A stretch of DNA of 62,767 nucleotides, the filler included, from Chiloscyllium plagiosum (lineage: Eukaryota): the NCBI RefSeq assembly GCF_004010195.1. It is 4 parts of one record of this genome, joined end to end, with 100 filler letters (N's around TTAATTAATTAA, not from the genome) between each part and the next. Parts side by side here need not be neighbours in the genome. Positions count along the whole stretch, not along the records: positions 23,249 to 45,626 come from NC_057712.1; positions 45,727 to 57,892 come from NC_057712.1; 2 more parts are not named here. One strand, written 5' to 3'. Position numbers and translations under genes: made by a program. The notes under the pieces were generated by a model that did no database searches, was not told the origin of the DNA, and saw only the letters and a program-made list of their open reading frames with translations. Shown here in pieces: positions 39,370 to 52,249 of this stretch (the stretch's first letter is position 1; each line of letters starts with the position of its first letter).

Positions 39370-40709
39370 CTCACAATTTCACCTGTCATCCATGGTTCCA
39401 TAATGTTGCCATTTCTATCCCTCATTTTCACAGGGACATGTCTGCCTGCACTCTAATCAACCTCTGTTTAAAAGCCTCCCACATATCAAATGTGGATTTA
39501 CCCCCAAACCAGCTGCTCCCAATCCACATTCCCCAACTCCTGCTGAAATTTGGTACAGTTGACCTTCCCCATTTTATCCCTCTTCCCTCAGGTCCACACT
39601 CGTCTTTGTCCATGAGTATTTTAAAACTTATGGAATTGTGATCACTATTCCCAAACTAATCCCCTGCTGAAACTTCAAACACCTGATTGGGCTCATTCCC
39701 CAACACCAGGTCCAGTTTAGCCCCTTCCTGAGTTGGACTATTTACATACTGCTCAGGAAAACCCTCCTGGATGCTCCTTAAAAATTCTGCTCCATCTCTC
39801 CCTCTAACACTAAGTGAATCCCAGTCAATGTTGGGAAAATTAAAATCTCTCATCACAACCACCCTGTTGCTCCTACGTCTTTCCATAATCTGTCTACATA
39901 TTTGTACCTCTATCTCATGCTCATTGTGGCGAGGCCTGTAGTACAGCCCCAACATTGTTCCCGCACCCCTCTTGTTTCTGAGCCCTGCCCATATTGCCTC
40001 ACTGCTCGAATCCTCCATGGTGCCCTCCTTCAGCACAGCTGTGATATCCTCTCTGACCAGAAATACAACTCCTCCACCCCTTTTACCTCCCTTTCTATCC
40101 TGCCTGAAACATTTATATCCTGGGATATTTAGTTGCCAATCTTGCGCTTCCCCCTGGAGAAAGTGAGGACTGCAGCTGCTGTCGAGAGTGTGGTGCTGGA
40201 GTTTAAATCTCGACTCTGATCTCCAGCATCTGCAGTCCTCACTGTCTCCAAGTTGATTGTAACCTTACTGTGAAGCCTCTTCCAAGGATGCCTACCTTGA
40301 AGAAGTTCTCCTCCTCTCTCAACAAGTCTCTCTCTCACTGCACCCCGAGATCATCCCCTCTGTCCTGAAGCTCTTCCTACCACAGCCATAGTACCTTCCT
40401 CAGTGCCTGCCTACAGAACCGACTGATCCCATTTGGACTGGAAGGGCTTATGCCTGAAATGTTGATTCTGCTGCTCCTCAGATGCTGCCTGCCCTTCCCT
40501 TAACCAACTCTCAGTAATAACAATAACATCATACTGCCAGGTACTAATCCAAGCCCTAAGTTCATCTGCTTTATCTACTACACTTCTCGCATTAAAGCAA
40601 ATACACCTCAGACCACCTGACCCTTTGCGTTCATCATCTGCTCCCTGCCTACTGTTCTCCCTTGTCATGGTGACTTAATTATCACGTTCCTTACGTAACT
40701 ACCTCCTTA

Positions 40710-42688
40710 CCTCCTTCTGTCGCGACACTACGGATTTCTTACAGAAACTCAGCACCCATGGACCAGTTGAACCGGGAACATTCCTCGTCACAATGGACGT
40801 TTCAGCACTCTACACCAACATCCCCCACAATTATGGCATCGTGGCAACAGCCTCAGTACTCAACACCAACAACTGCCAATCTCCGAGCACTGTGGTACAA
40901 CTCATCCACTTTATCCTTGATCATATCCTTGACAGCCAGTTCTTCATCCAGACACACGGAACAGCCATGGGGACCAAATTTGCACCCCAATATGCCAACA
41001 TTTTTATGCACAGGTTCAAACAAGATTTCTTCTCTATGCAGGATCTCCAACCAACATTGTACACTAGGTATATTGATGACATTTTCTTCCTCCAGACCCA
41101 TGGCGAGGAGTCACTGATAAAACTACACAGTGATATCAACAAGTTTCATCCCACTATCAAACTCACCATGGACTACTCTTGACTATCTGTCTCATTCTTG
41201 GACACATACATCTCCATCAAGGATGGACACCTCAGCACCACACTCTACCGCAAACCCACAGACAACCTCACAATGGTACACTTCTCCAGCTTCCACCCAA
41301 AACATATTAAAACTGCCATCCCCTATGGACAAGCCCTACACGTACACCGGATCTGCTCAGATGAGGAGGAACGTGACGGACACCTGGAAGTACTCAGGGA
41401 TGCCCTCACAAGAACGGGGTACGATGCCCAACTCATCGACCGCCAGTTCCAACGTGCCACAGCAAGGAACCGTAATGACCTCCTCAGGAGACAGACACGT
41501 GCTGCAACAGACAGGCACCCTTCGTTGTTCAGTATTTCCCAGGAGCTGAAAAACTACGCCATGTTCTTTGTAACCTGCAACACATCATCAATGAGGATGA
41601 GCACCTCACCAAGACCTTCCCCACACCTCCACTACTTGCCTTTAAACAACCGCCAAACCTCAAACAGATCATTGTTCATAGCAAACTGCCCAGCTCTCAG
41701 GACAACTCCATACAACCCTGTCACGGTACGCGCTGCAAGGTGTGTCAGAGTGTGGACATAGATACCACTATTACGCGTAGGGACACCTCCCAACTTGTAC
41801 ATGGCAGGTACTCATGTGACTCAGCCAACATTGTCTATCTTATACGTTGCAGGCAAGGATGCCTGGAGGCATGGTACATTGGGGAAACTGAGCAAAGGCT
41901 ACGACAACGGATGAATGGGCACCGCACAACAATCAACAGACACGAGGGTTCCCGCCCAGTTGGGGAACACTTCAGTGGTCCAGGACATTCAGCCTCGGAC
42001 CTTCGGNNNNNNNNNNNNNNNNNNNNNNNNNNNNNNNNNNNNNNNNNNNNNNNNNNNNNNNNNNNNNNNNNNNNNNNNNNNNNNNNNNNNNNNNNNNNNN
42101 NNNNNNNNNNNNNNNNNNNNNNNNNNNNNNNNNNNNNNNNNNNNNNNNNNNNNNNNNNNNNNNNNNNNNNNNNNNNNNNNNNNNNNNNNNNNNNNNNNNN
42201 NNNNNNNNNNNNNNNNNNNNNNNNNNNNNNNNNNNNNNNNNNNNNNNNNNNNNNNNNNNNNNNNNNNNNNNNNNNNNNNNNNNNNNNNNNNNNNNNNNNN
42301 NNNNNNNNNNNNNNNNNNNNNNNNNNNNNNNNNNNNNNNNNNNNNNNNNNNNNNNNNNNNNNNNNNNNNNNNNNNNNNNNNNNNNNNNNNNNNNNNNNNN
42401 NNNNNNNNNNNNNNNNNNNNNNNNNNNNNNNNNNNNNNNNNNNNNNNNNNNNNNNNNNNNNNNNNNNNNNNNNNNNNNNNNNNNNNNNNNNNNNNNNNNN
42501 NNNNNNNNNNNNNNNNNNNNNNNNNNNNNNNNNNNNNNNNNNNNNNNNNNNNNNNNNNNNNNNNNNNNNNNNNNNNNNNNNNNNNNNNAAAGCTAGTGTG
42601 CTTCCAATTAAACCTGTTGGACTATAACCTGGTGTTGTGTGATTTTTAACTTTATACACCCCAGTCCAACACTGGCATCTCCGAATCA
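40710..42688 (+). mobile_element. Penelope-like retroelement (RT plus GIY-YIG endonuclease), 5'-truncated, spanning a 582-N gap
   Basis: MDVSALYTNIPH, QTHGTAMGTKFAPQYANIFM, RYIDDIFF, IVYLIRCRQGCLEAWYIGETEQRLRQRMNGHR. TSD tacctcctta at 40700-40709 and 42689-42698. Confidence 0.92.
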
Positions 42689-43524
42689 TACCTCCTTATT
42701 GTCCACTAACCTCCCCTGTTCCCATCACCCCCCTGCCACATTCGTTTAAACCCTCCCCAACAGTGTTAACAAAAAACACCCCCAAGGACATTGGCTCCAG
42801 TCCAGCCCAGGGGTAGACCATCCAATTTGTAATAGTCCCACCTCCCCCAGAACCAGTCCCAGTGTCTCAAAAATCTCAGCCCCTCCCTCCTGCACCATCT
42901 CTCAAGGCACGCATTCATCCCGCCTATTCCTTCATTTCTACTCTGACTAGCACATGGCACTGGTAACAATCCTGAGATTACTACCTCTGAGGTCCTACTT
43001 TTAAACTTGGCTCCTAGCTACCTGAATTCTGCTTCTAGGACCTCATCCCATTTATCACCTATATCTTTGGTTCCTGTATGCACCATGACAGCTGGCTGTT
43101 CACCCTCTCCCTTCAGAATGTTCTGCAGCTGGTCTGAGACATCCCTGACCTGTGCACTTGGGAGGCAATATATCATTCGGGAGTCTCAATTTCGACCGCA
43201 GAAACGCCTATTTACTCCCCTTACACTTGAATCCCCTGTCACTTTAGCCCTTCCACTCTTTTTCCTGCCCTTCTGTACAGCAGAGCCAGCCATGGTGCCA
43301 TGAAACTGGCTACTGCTGCCTTCCCCTGGTGAGCCATCACCCCCAGCAGTATCCGAAACGGTATACTCTGTTTTGGAGAGAGCTGACCGCAGGGGACACC
43401 AGCACTGCCTTCCTACTCTTTCTCTGCCTTTTGGTCACCCGTTCCCTTTCTCCCTCAGCAATCCTAATCTGCAATATTAAATCAATCGAAACCACCATCC
43501 CCATTCTAAGTGATTAAACTCCAT

Positions 43525-43771
43525 CCATATAGTGTGGAAACAGGCCCTTCAGCCCAACAAGTCCACACCAACCCTCCGAAGAGCAACCCACCCAGAACCA
43601 TTCCCCGACATTTACCCCTGACTAATGCACCTAACACTACGGGCAATTTAGCATGGCCAATTGGGGGGAATGTGCAAACTCCACACAGACAATTGCCCAA
43701 GGCAGGAATTGAACCTGGGTCCTGGGCACTGTGAGGCAGCAGTGCTAACCACTGAGTCACTGTGCCGCCCA
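43525..43771 (-). mobile_element. V-SINE (HE1-type), internally deleted
   Basis: ggcggcacagtgactcagtggttagcactgctgcctcacag head on the minus strand. Confidence 0.8.
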
Positions 43772-44097
43772 CATTTAACAACAATCTAGGAAATACATCA
43801 CATCAGTTGTATGACACTATGATCTTTTACTCTAAATTCTGTGTTCTGAGATCCTGCCCCACCAGCTATCTGATGAAGGGGCAGCACTCCGAAAGCTTGT
43901 ACATCCAAATAAACCTGTTGGACTGTAATCTGGTGTCATGTGATTTTTAACTTTGTCCACCCCAGTCCAGCACTGACAACTCCACATTTTGAATTTCTGA
44001 TTAGACTCAAACTATTTTTGTAACTACTGAACACTGGAGCACTGCTGGTTGTTAGTCATAATCTCTCAACATCACACCGTCCCCCACCCTGTCCTGA

Positions 44098-44484
44098 CCA
44101 GTATAATATCCCCGACCAGTACGATTCCCCTTGCCCAGTACAATTTCCCTGACCAGTACAATTCCCTCCGGCCAGTACAATTCCCCTTGCCCAGTACAAT
44201 CTCCCTGACCAGTACAATTCCCTTTGCCCAGTACAATTTCCCTGACCAGTACAATTCCCCCCGGCCAGTACAATCTCCCTGACCAGTACAATTCCCTTAG
44301 CCAGTACAATTCCCCCCGGCCAGTACAATCTCCCTGACCAGTACAATTCCCCCCGGCCAGTACAATCTCCCTGACCAGTACAATTCCCTTAGCCAGTACA
44401 ATTCCCCCCGGCCAGTACAATCTCCCTGACCAGTACAATTTCCCTGACCAGTACAATTCCCCCCGGCCAGTACAATCTCCCTGG
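44098..44484. repeat. 18-19-bp minisatellite, 21 units, core CCAGTACAAT
   Basis: Conserved core followed by variant tails (ctccctga, tccccccgg, tccccttgc, tcccttag). Confidence 0.95.
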
Positions 44485-45502
44485 TTACTGTCAAGCCAAA
44501 ACTTCATCATAAGTTAGCAAATGACATCATTGCCAAAACAGAAGTGAGAAACGTCACAGTTTCTTGGTGACAATACTGACAATTGTTCCAAGTTAAAAAT
44601 CACACAACCCCAGGTTATAGTCCAACAGGTTTAATAACTTTGTACACCCCAGTCCAACACCAGCATCTCCAGATCATGGCGATTGTTCCTGTAGCTATGG
44701 CCTGGAGGCACTAAATGACTGATCATTTGCGTGGTCAGGTTGGAAGTGAACTAGACATGGGCTGCAAAGTGTAGAGACTAGCACGCTAGTGAAGGGAAAG
44801 GTCTGGATTAAGGTTCATTGTTAGGATATAGGAAGCTTTGTTTTCCATCTATATCACGTTTTAAGCAAATACAGTCTGATATTGACAGTTCAACAGGAAA
44901 ATGCCATCCAACAGGTGCCATCTTCCAGTGCTAACACAATGATGTTTGAGAACTGGCTGCTTTGAGTGTGGTTAGTTGTATTGCATACTCTACTGTATGT
45001 TTCCACATTTACTCCTCCTACTATCCCTCACTTTCTCAAGTCACCGTCAGTTGTGGTGAGAAACATTTTTTTATTTAGCTCCGAAGTCCCTTCAACCTGT
45101 CAGCCACAAAAACAGTCGACAACAGTAAGGATTTCTATCAAACATGACCGTAAGTCACAGGAATAGAAGTAGGCCATTCAGCCCATCAAGCCCGTTAGAT
45201 AGGTCTGAAATGAATCTATGCTCTATAGGGAAAGTAGTGAATACCTGTGGCTCCCAGTGCTCAGGCCTGTGAATAGCACTGGATTCACAGACAGTTTTGA
45301 GGTTCTCAGTCTCTTTAAAGATGCCAGGCCATCTCACTGATGGTCTAGCCCTGGATCTGCACCAGGTGACCCACAGCTGTCCCTGGTGTATCATGTGCAG
45401 AGTACTTTACAGCAGAAAAGCTGTTTGCAAGGTTTATGAAGGTTTGTAGCTCAGGTTGAGGTTTAGGGTGTAGGTTTGCTCGCTGAGCTGTAGGTTTGAT
45501 AT

Positions 45503-45542
45503 CCAGACGTTTCATTACCTGGCTAGGTAACATCATCAGTGG
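45503..45542 (-). ncRNA. Minimal hammerhead ribozyme motif (PLE-like family 4)
   Basis: Minus strand reads ca-CTGATGA-t-GTTACCT-agcc-AGGTAAT-GAAA-CG-TC-tg, within a repeat-like fragment at about 45416-45626. Confidence 0.75.
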
Positions 45543-45626
45543 CGACCTCCAAGTGAAGTGAAGCTGTTGTCTCCTGCTTTCTATTTATATCTTTCTCCTG
45601 GATGGGGTTCCTGGGGTTTGCGGTGA

Positions 45627-45726
45627 NNNNNNNNNNNNNNNNNNNNNNNNNNNNNNNNNNNNNNNNNNNNTTAATTAATTAANNNNNNNNNNNNNNNNNN
45701 NNNNNNNNNNNNNNNNNNNNNNNNNN
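45627..45726. other. Artificial scaffold linker
   Basis: N44-TTAATTAATTAA-N44. Confidence 0.95.
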
Positions 45727-45815
45727 ACCTCTTTCCACCTATCACATTTCCGACGCCCCTCCCCCAAGTCCCTCCTCCCTACCTTTTATCTTAGCCTGCT
45801 GGACAAACTTTCCTC

Positions 45816-45850
45816 ATTCCTGAAGAAGGGCTCATGCCCGAAACGTCGAT
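45816..45850 (+). ncRNA. Minimal hammerhead ribozyme motif (PLE family 2) in pLTR 45727-45945
   Basis: CTGAAGA-a-GGGC-tcat-GCCC-GAAA-CG-TC-gat. Confidence 0.75.
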
Positions 45851-47679
45851 TCTCCTGTTCCCTGGATGCTGCCTGACCTGCTGCGCTTTTCCAGCAACAC
45901 ATTTTCAGCTCTGATCTCCAGCATCTGCAGACCTCACTTTCTCCTCAAAGATTTTAGCCTTCACCCAACCTGATTCATTCCATGTGACGTTAAGAGGCTG
46001 AATGCACTGGATGCAGCAAAGGCTCTGGGCCCTGACAATATTATTGAAGACCGGTGCTCCAGAACTATCTGTACCCGTAACCAAGGTCTACCAGTATAGA
46101 TACAACATTAGTATTTACCAAGCCATGAGGAAAATTGCTCAGGTATGTTCTGTCCACATCAGTTCCTCATCTAGGTGTTCATAATGGGTCAGGAAATTGC
46201 AGAGGCGTTCATTAGTCATAATCTTGCAAAGCTCTCTTGTTTTAATATGTGTGCTGATGTTCATGAGTCTCACTCTATACTGACTATCACTTGTTGAATC
46301 CTGCCTAATGGAATACATGCCTGTTATTCCACTCTTGCACCTCCCAGCTCCTAATCAATTTCCAACGTGGGTCAAGCCAAATACTCATACACTCTCATTT
46401 TCACGGGTAATATCTTATATGGATTCATTCTGTAAAATCATATGGAAAACCTCCACAGCCCGGTGGGACTAGTTTGGATTGGGGTATCTGGTCGGCGTGG
46501 ACGGGTTGGACTGAAGAGTCTGTTTCCATGCTGTACATCTCTACGACTCTATGACTCTCCTTTGCTGACCGTGGAGATCTCCTCAATAGATCCGACTGTA
46601 TTAGTCTGATGTGACCTTCCCACTCTCTTTCTGATCAGCTCCTATTTGCCGAATTGCTCAAGCACTTCATTCATAATCACAGGTTCTTCCAACTTTCCCA
46701 CATCTGACATTAAACTGAATTACTTGTTCAGCTTGCCTAATTCTGAACTAATGGACCGAGACTCATAAGCATCAATATAAATATTGAAAGAAGAGAGCTT
46801 TGAACGATTATGACTAATACTTTTGCAATTTCCTGACACCTACGGTGGAAGACTGAGTTTATAGTGAGACTCCCTTTCTCGGATAATCAGGAATTGCAGA
46901 AAATGCCAGTGAGACCCACATCCATAAATTAATTTAAGGGAAAAGAAAGGCTGTCTTCTCAGTTCATTTTCTTTAAAATAAATCACAATTTTTTGACGAT
47001 ATTAAACTTTAGCTGATGAAAGCATTTTAAATTATTTGCTGACCTTCAAATTATTTTGAAAAACAATCCATTGTTGAGAGAGAGTGTGAGATGGCACAGT
47101 GTAATGTAGTCATTGGACTAATTGGTACTTATGGATATGTTCACATACTTGAACAGATGACCTTCCTTTGCACAGATAAAGGGTTAAGACAGTTCAGATG
47201 ATTTCACTTTTAAAACATGTTTTCCTAACTGTTTGGTGTTTGTTGCTCAGCATAAACACGGTGGACCGAAGGGCCTGTTTCTATGCTGTATGACTCATTG
47301 ACAACAGATGCTGTCTCAGTCAATGACTCTCATCTCATGAATAATAAAAAGGGGCATTTTCATGAAGAATCAATAATACCTGCCTGAATTATCTCAACAG
47401 AACCAGAATTATGGGAAGCAAAAAAGCTTTATATTTGATAATAAAACACAGAAGTTCTTAAACAGAAGTCAAAAAGTATTTAGCATTCCCCATCTGCTAT
47501 CAGAGTTCAATCTGTCTGCTGAAACACAGTCTAGAAGACATCAAAGTAGGTATACAGCTCATGTTCAGCAAACTGAATATACTTTGTTCTTTTCTTCTCC
47601 AAGCTTACTCGCCAGAACTGTGACCAAATGATGTTGCAATGGTAATTAGAGGCAAGGTAAAGCCTCACTTTTCAATTAC

Positions 47680-50220
47680 AGAGTCAGACAGTCGTACAGC
47701 ATGGAAACAGACCCTTCGGTCCAACTCGTCCATGCCAACCAGATATCCTAAATTATTCTAGTTCCATTTGCCAGCATTTGGCCAATATCCCTCTAAACCC
47801 TTCCGATTCATGTACCCATCCAGATGCCTTTTAAATGTTGTAATTGTACCAGCCTCCACCACATCCTCCGGCAGCTCATTCCATACACGCACCACCTTCT
47901 GCATGAATAAGTTTCCCCTTAAGTCCATTTTAAATCTTTCCCCTCTCACCTTAAACCTACGCCCTCTACTTTGGATTCCCCTACCCTGGGGAAAAAAACT
48001 TTAGCCATTCACGCTATCCATGTCCTCATGACTTTATAAACCTCTATGAGGTCACCCCTCAGCCTCAGATACTCCAGGGAAAACAGCCCCAACAAATCTA
48101 CTCAATTCTCCAGTAAAACCTTTATTATTTCATTAAATGTACCATCCAGAATTCTACAGATAAATGGGTTGATCTTAATCCAAAGTCAACAATTTTAAAT
48201 TATAAAAGAAATATTAAATTCAAGAACTTGTTCTCTGCATTAACCATTTATTTCTGCATTGATCAAGAGTTTTTACTTATTTCTTGCTGACTTAGACTAA
48301 AACAGCACATGACTGGTGACTAAGCAGTTTTAGTTCCTTTAGGCAAAATTGAAATAACTCCACACAGGCCGTCACCAAGTTGCCCTTTATTTACACGTAA
48401 AGGGGTCCTCGACGCTGATCCAGCTCCCTCGGAGCCAGCTCTCAGAGCGAACAGAACCTCTGACACTCCTGTTTATATCTGTCAGCCAGGGCTCCCTGAT
48501 TAGACCACTTTAACAGCCCCAGACAGGGAACTCACATTCTATAACGTCCACCTAGGCTGACCTCGGTTGCAATCACTACACTAGTCTACAGGTTTCGACA
48601 ACCTAGACAAAACATTTTATTTTTCTTTTCAATTTTCAACATTCCCTCTCAATTCTTTCCTCACCAGATATTCCAGAATCTAAAACTGCAGCAGGGTTTG
48701 AGGAAGAGACATTCAAGAGGATGGTTTGTAAGATGTGGAAAAAAGGTGGGTTGTTCAGAAAGAGTCAGCCCAGATTTCTAAAGGGAAAATCATGTTTAAC
48801 TAACTTGCTGGAGTTTGTTGAAGAGGCAGCACGAGTACTGTTGATGTCGTGGTCATGGATTTCCGGAAGATGTTTGACACAATGCCACTGCAGAGGAATG
48901 TTGTAGGTCATGGAATAAAAGGGTCAGTAACAACGTAGATTTAAATCGGCTGAGTGATAGGGAGCAGAGGGTAGTCGTCAAATGATATTCCTCAGGATGG
49001 AGGAGTTTGTGGTGGAGAGAAATAATCCAAAAAACTGCAAATGCTGTAAACCAGACCCAACAACAGACGTTGCTGGAAAACTTCTGGCAGCATTTGAGGA
49101 GAGAAAGTGAGGACTGCAGATGCTGGAGATCAGAGTCGAGAGCACGGTGCTGGAAAAGCAAGCCCGAAACTTCAATTCTCCTGTTTCTCGGATGCTGCCT
49201 GACCTGCTGTGTTTTTCCAGCACCACTCTCTCAGCATTTGAGGAGAGAAAGCAGAGTTAACGGTTCGGGTCCAGTGACCCTTCTTCAGTTTTCTGAGATT
49301 TTCCATTTTAGTATTGTAACTCCCCAGGGGTTAGTATTGGGACCCTCGCTTTCCCTGATAAATATTAAATGAGTTGGATCTTGGTGTGCAGGGAACAATT
49401 TCAAAGTTTGCAGATGACCTGAAATGCAGAAGCATTGTAAACTGTGGAGAGGACAGTGTGAAACTCAAAAGGACATTAATAATGTTGGTGGAGTAAGCAG
49501 ACAGGTAATGGATGAGTTTCAACTCAGAGAATTGTGAGGTGATGCCTTTTGGTTGGAAGAAAATTGAAGGACTACATGAAATAGGGAATGTAATTCTAAA
49601 CAGGAGCAGAGGGAGCTGGGTAAATATGTGCACAGACCATTAAGGGGAGCAAGACAGATTGAGAGAGCAATTTATAAAATGTATGGTGTCCTTAGCATTA
49701 TTATTAGGGGCATAGAGTTCAAAAGCAAGGAGGTAAGGTTGAACTTGTAGATGACACTTGTTAGATCTCAACTCAGTTGGTTTAGTTCCAGGCATCACAT
49801 TATAGGAAGGATGGAGAGAGAGTGCAGAAGCAGTTCACAAGAGTGGTTCCAGATACGAGGAGCTTTAGTTAGGAGGGTAGACTGTAGAAGCTGGAACTGT
49901 TTTCCTTGGAAAGAAGGAGGCAGACAGGACTTTGGATTGAGGTTTTCAGGTGTCCAGGAGGGGGGGCTGGACACAGTAGAGATGGGAAACTTCTAAACAA
50001 ACAAGAACCAGAGAGCACAGATTTGAAGTGATTTTCACAAAAAGCAAACGTGAGGTGACGGAAACATTTTCACAAAATGTGATGGCAGCAGGTTCAGCCA
50101 GGTGCTGGATGATTATTTGGATGAGAATAATGTGCCAGGTTATGGGGAAAGATCAGGAGATTGGCAGTCGGTAATGATAACCATTTGAAGAGCTGGTGCA
50201 GACACAATGGTTTCCTTCCA
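47680..50220. mobile_element. CR1 fragments (- at 47680-48090, + at 48700-50220) with PLE-derived insertions at about 49020-49290
   Basis: RVWNELPEDVV, KGKSCLTNLLEF, FADD motifs. Confidence 0.75.
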
Positions 50221-51350
50221 TGCTGTAATAATTCGGTATTGTCCCTCTCTCTAATGTAGGGTAACTGCAGCATTTCCTACTGCACCCTGGCAAGGACGAG
50301 TACAAGAGCTGGGATTTGAACTGTGCTCACTTGGTCACAGAATATTCAATGTTATCCCCAATGGCTGAGTAATCCACAACCTATTTCATTCCCCACCTCT
50401 CTCTCCCCCCCACACATGCCTAAAACCAGCTCTACCTTCAATCTGCTGCTGTGGCTGACAGCCCCAGGGGTTGGGAGAAGGTGGTTGCAGGGAGGTTCAA
50501 CTCCTTATGAATGCTATGTTTGGAATATATTTACCCTTTTCATTTCAGAAATGGTAGGTTATTAAACTTGATGGTAACAGCTCCTATGTCCACGAAAGTC
50601 CAAGGAAGAGGGTCCAACCTATCCTTGTCATGGTGAAGGAAGTGCATGTTATTTACCAAGGAAGAGAAAGCCTTTGAATTGTTTAATGTCTTTCATCAGG
50701 ATGTCGCTGGCTGACCCTGAATGCTGTACAACTGATGGAATATTTTTGAATATCACATCACTGTTGGCATGTAGGAAAGCCTAAACCAAATCAACAGAAG
50801 TTTTTTTAAAAAAATTTCCAAAAGTTTTTTGTACTCAATACAGTATTAGAAAACGTATTTCAATGTAAACAAGTTTGTAATCTGAAATTGAACCAGAGAC
50901 TGCTGGAGGAACAGTAGCTCTGACAGCATCTGCAGAGAGAGTTACAAAGATAATATGTGCTTTATTAATGGCTCTATTGATCTGTCCTGCCAACCCTCAT
51001 GATATATGTACATAGACAAACCCAGAACCCTTTGCTCTGGGATCCCTTTATGAATTGTGCCCCATTTTATTGCCTTGATCCTTTGCAAATCCCCTCTGAA
51101 CTCCGCTCAAGAGTTCTCTGCATTTAGCTTCATCTGCCACCTATTTGCCGACCCCACCAACGTGCCAATGCCCTTTTGGAGTTCCATACTGTTCTCCTCA
51201 CAGTTCACAACGTTTCCAAGTTTTGTGTCATCTGCAAACTTTGAAACTGTCCCCTGCACACCAAGATCCAGATCAGTAACATAAACCAGGGAGAGCAATA
51301 CTGAACCTCCACTGACCATAACTCCATGGCTCCTATCACTCAGCCTATCA

Positions 51351-51536
<186 letters not shown>

Positions 51537-51614
51537 TTAGAAGTCAGTGAATGAGGTTGTCAACAAAGACCATTAACAAAAACATTTGGGCGCTTTCCAG
51601 AGTTTACTCCTTAC

Positions 51615-51691
51615 CTGCGCTGCCATATCCACTAGATTGGGCAATTTCAATCCCCTTCCTTCTCCATCTTTTAGGAAATCTAACAGGCTTC
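51615..51691 (-). CDS. FYN: FYN kinase-domain exon (77 bp)
   Basis: ttgattccag|(G)[25 protein letters not shown]|gtaag. Splices in frame to 51521 across a 93-bp GT-AG intron; [14 protein letters not shown] matches FYN. Confidence 0.9.
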
Positions 51692-52249
51692 CTGGAATCA
51701 AGGACAGGAATGGGTTAAAGGCTTCCAGTGTGAATCAACAATGTCACAGATACGTCTTTTCTAAACCGAAATCACATCTGTGCAATATGAATATCGTTAT
51801 AATTTAACACATTTGTGAAGCTTCTGCTGAAATTTGAGACATTATAAAGTGGCTTTACTGTTAGTAAAGTATCCAGAGTGTTTGCCATGAGTTTTAGCAA
51901 ACAGAATTTGACACAGAGCCAGAGAAACAGATATTAGGGAAATCACCAAAGCATCAGGTTGTTAAGGAGCATCTGTGCTGAAGGTGTTAGCAGCTGGAGG
52001 TACAAACGTACACAAGAAATATGAGGAGTAAGCCATTCAACTCCTCAAGGTTACTATCAGTCAACAAGATTTTCCCCAGAAAGCTAAAAGTAAGCGTGCT
52101 CGAGAGGACAAACTTGAGGAAGTGCACGTGTTTATATGGCTGCAGATTGTTATAGAGATATGGATGGGTGAGGCAATGAGGGATTTAAAAACAAGGGCAG
52201 AAGAGATGTGTGACTGGAATTTGGTGCAATGTGGTTGTCAAGGTAACCC

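Larger units (their letters stand above)
37281..43473 (-). mobile_element. Long CR1 LINE with ORF2 (APE endonuclease and RT) and ORF1 esterase remnant, multiply interrupted
   Basis: 388-aa RT piece at 37838-39004; endonuclease FNARSVVDK..ITESWL and DFNFPNIDW; SGNH-like WGRWDYYKLDGLPL at 42766-42969. Confidence 0.9.

Noticed and set aside
41835..42689. Long ORFs of 244-295 aa
   Set aside because: Length comes from read-through of the 582-N gap; only the GIY-YIG portion is real.
44098..44484. CRISPR-like array (constant core plus variable spacer)
   Set aside because: The variable parts are only 8-9 nt, mutually related and recurrent; eukaryotic context with no cas genes. It is a minisatellite.
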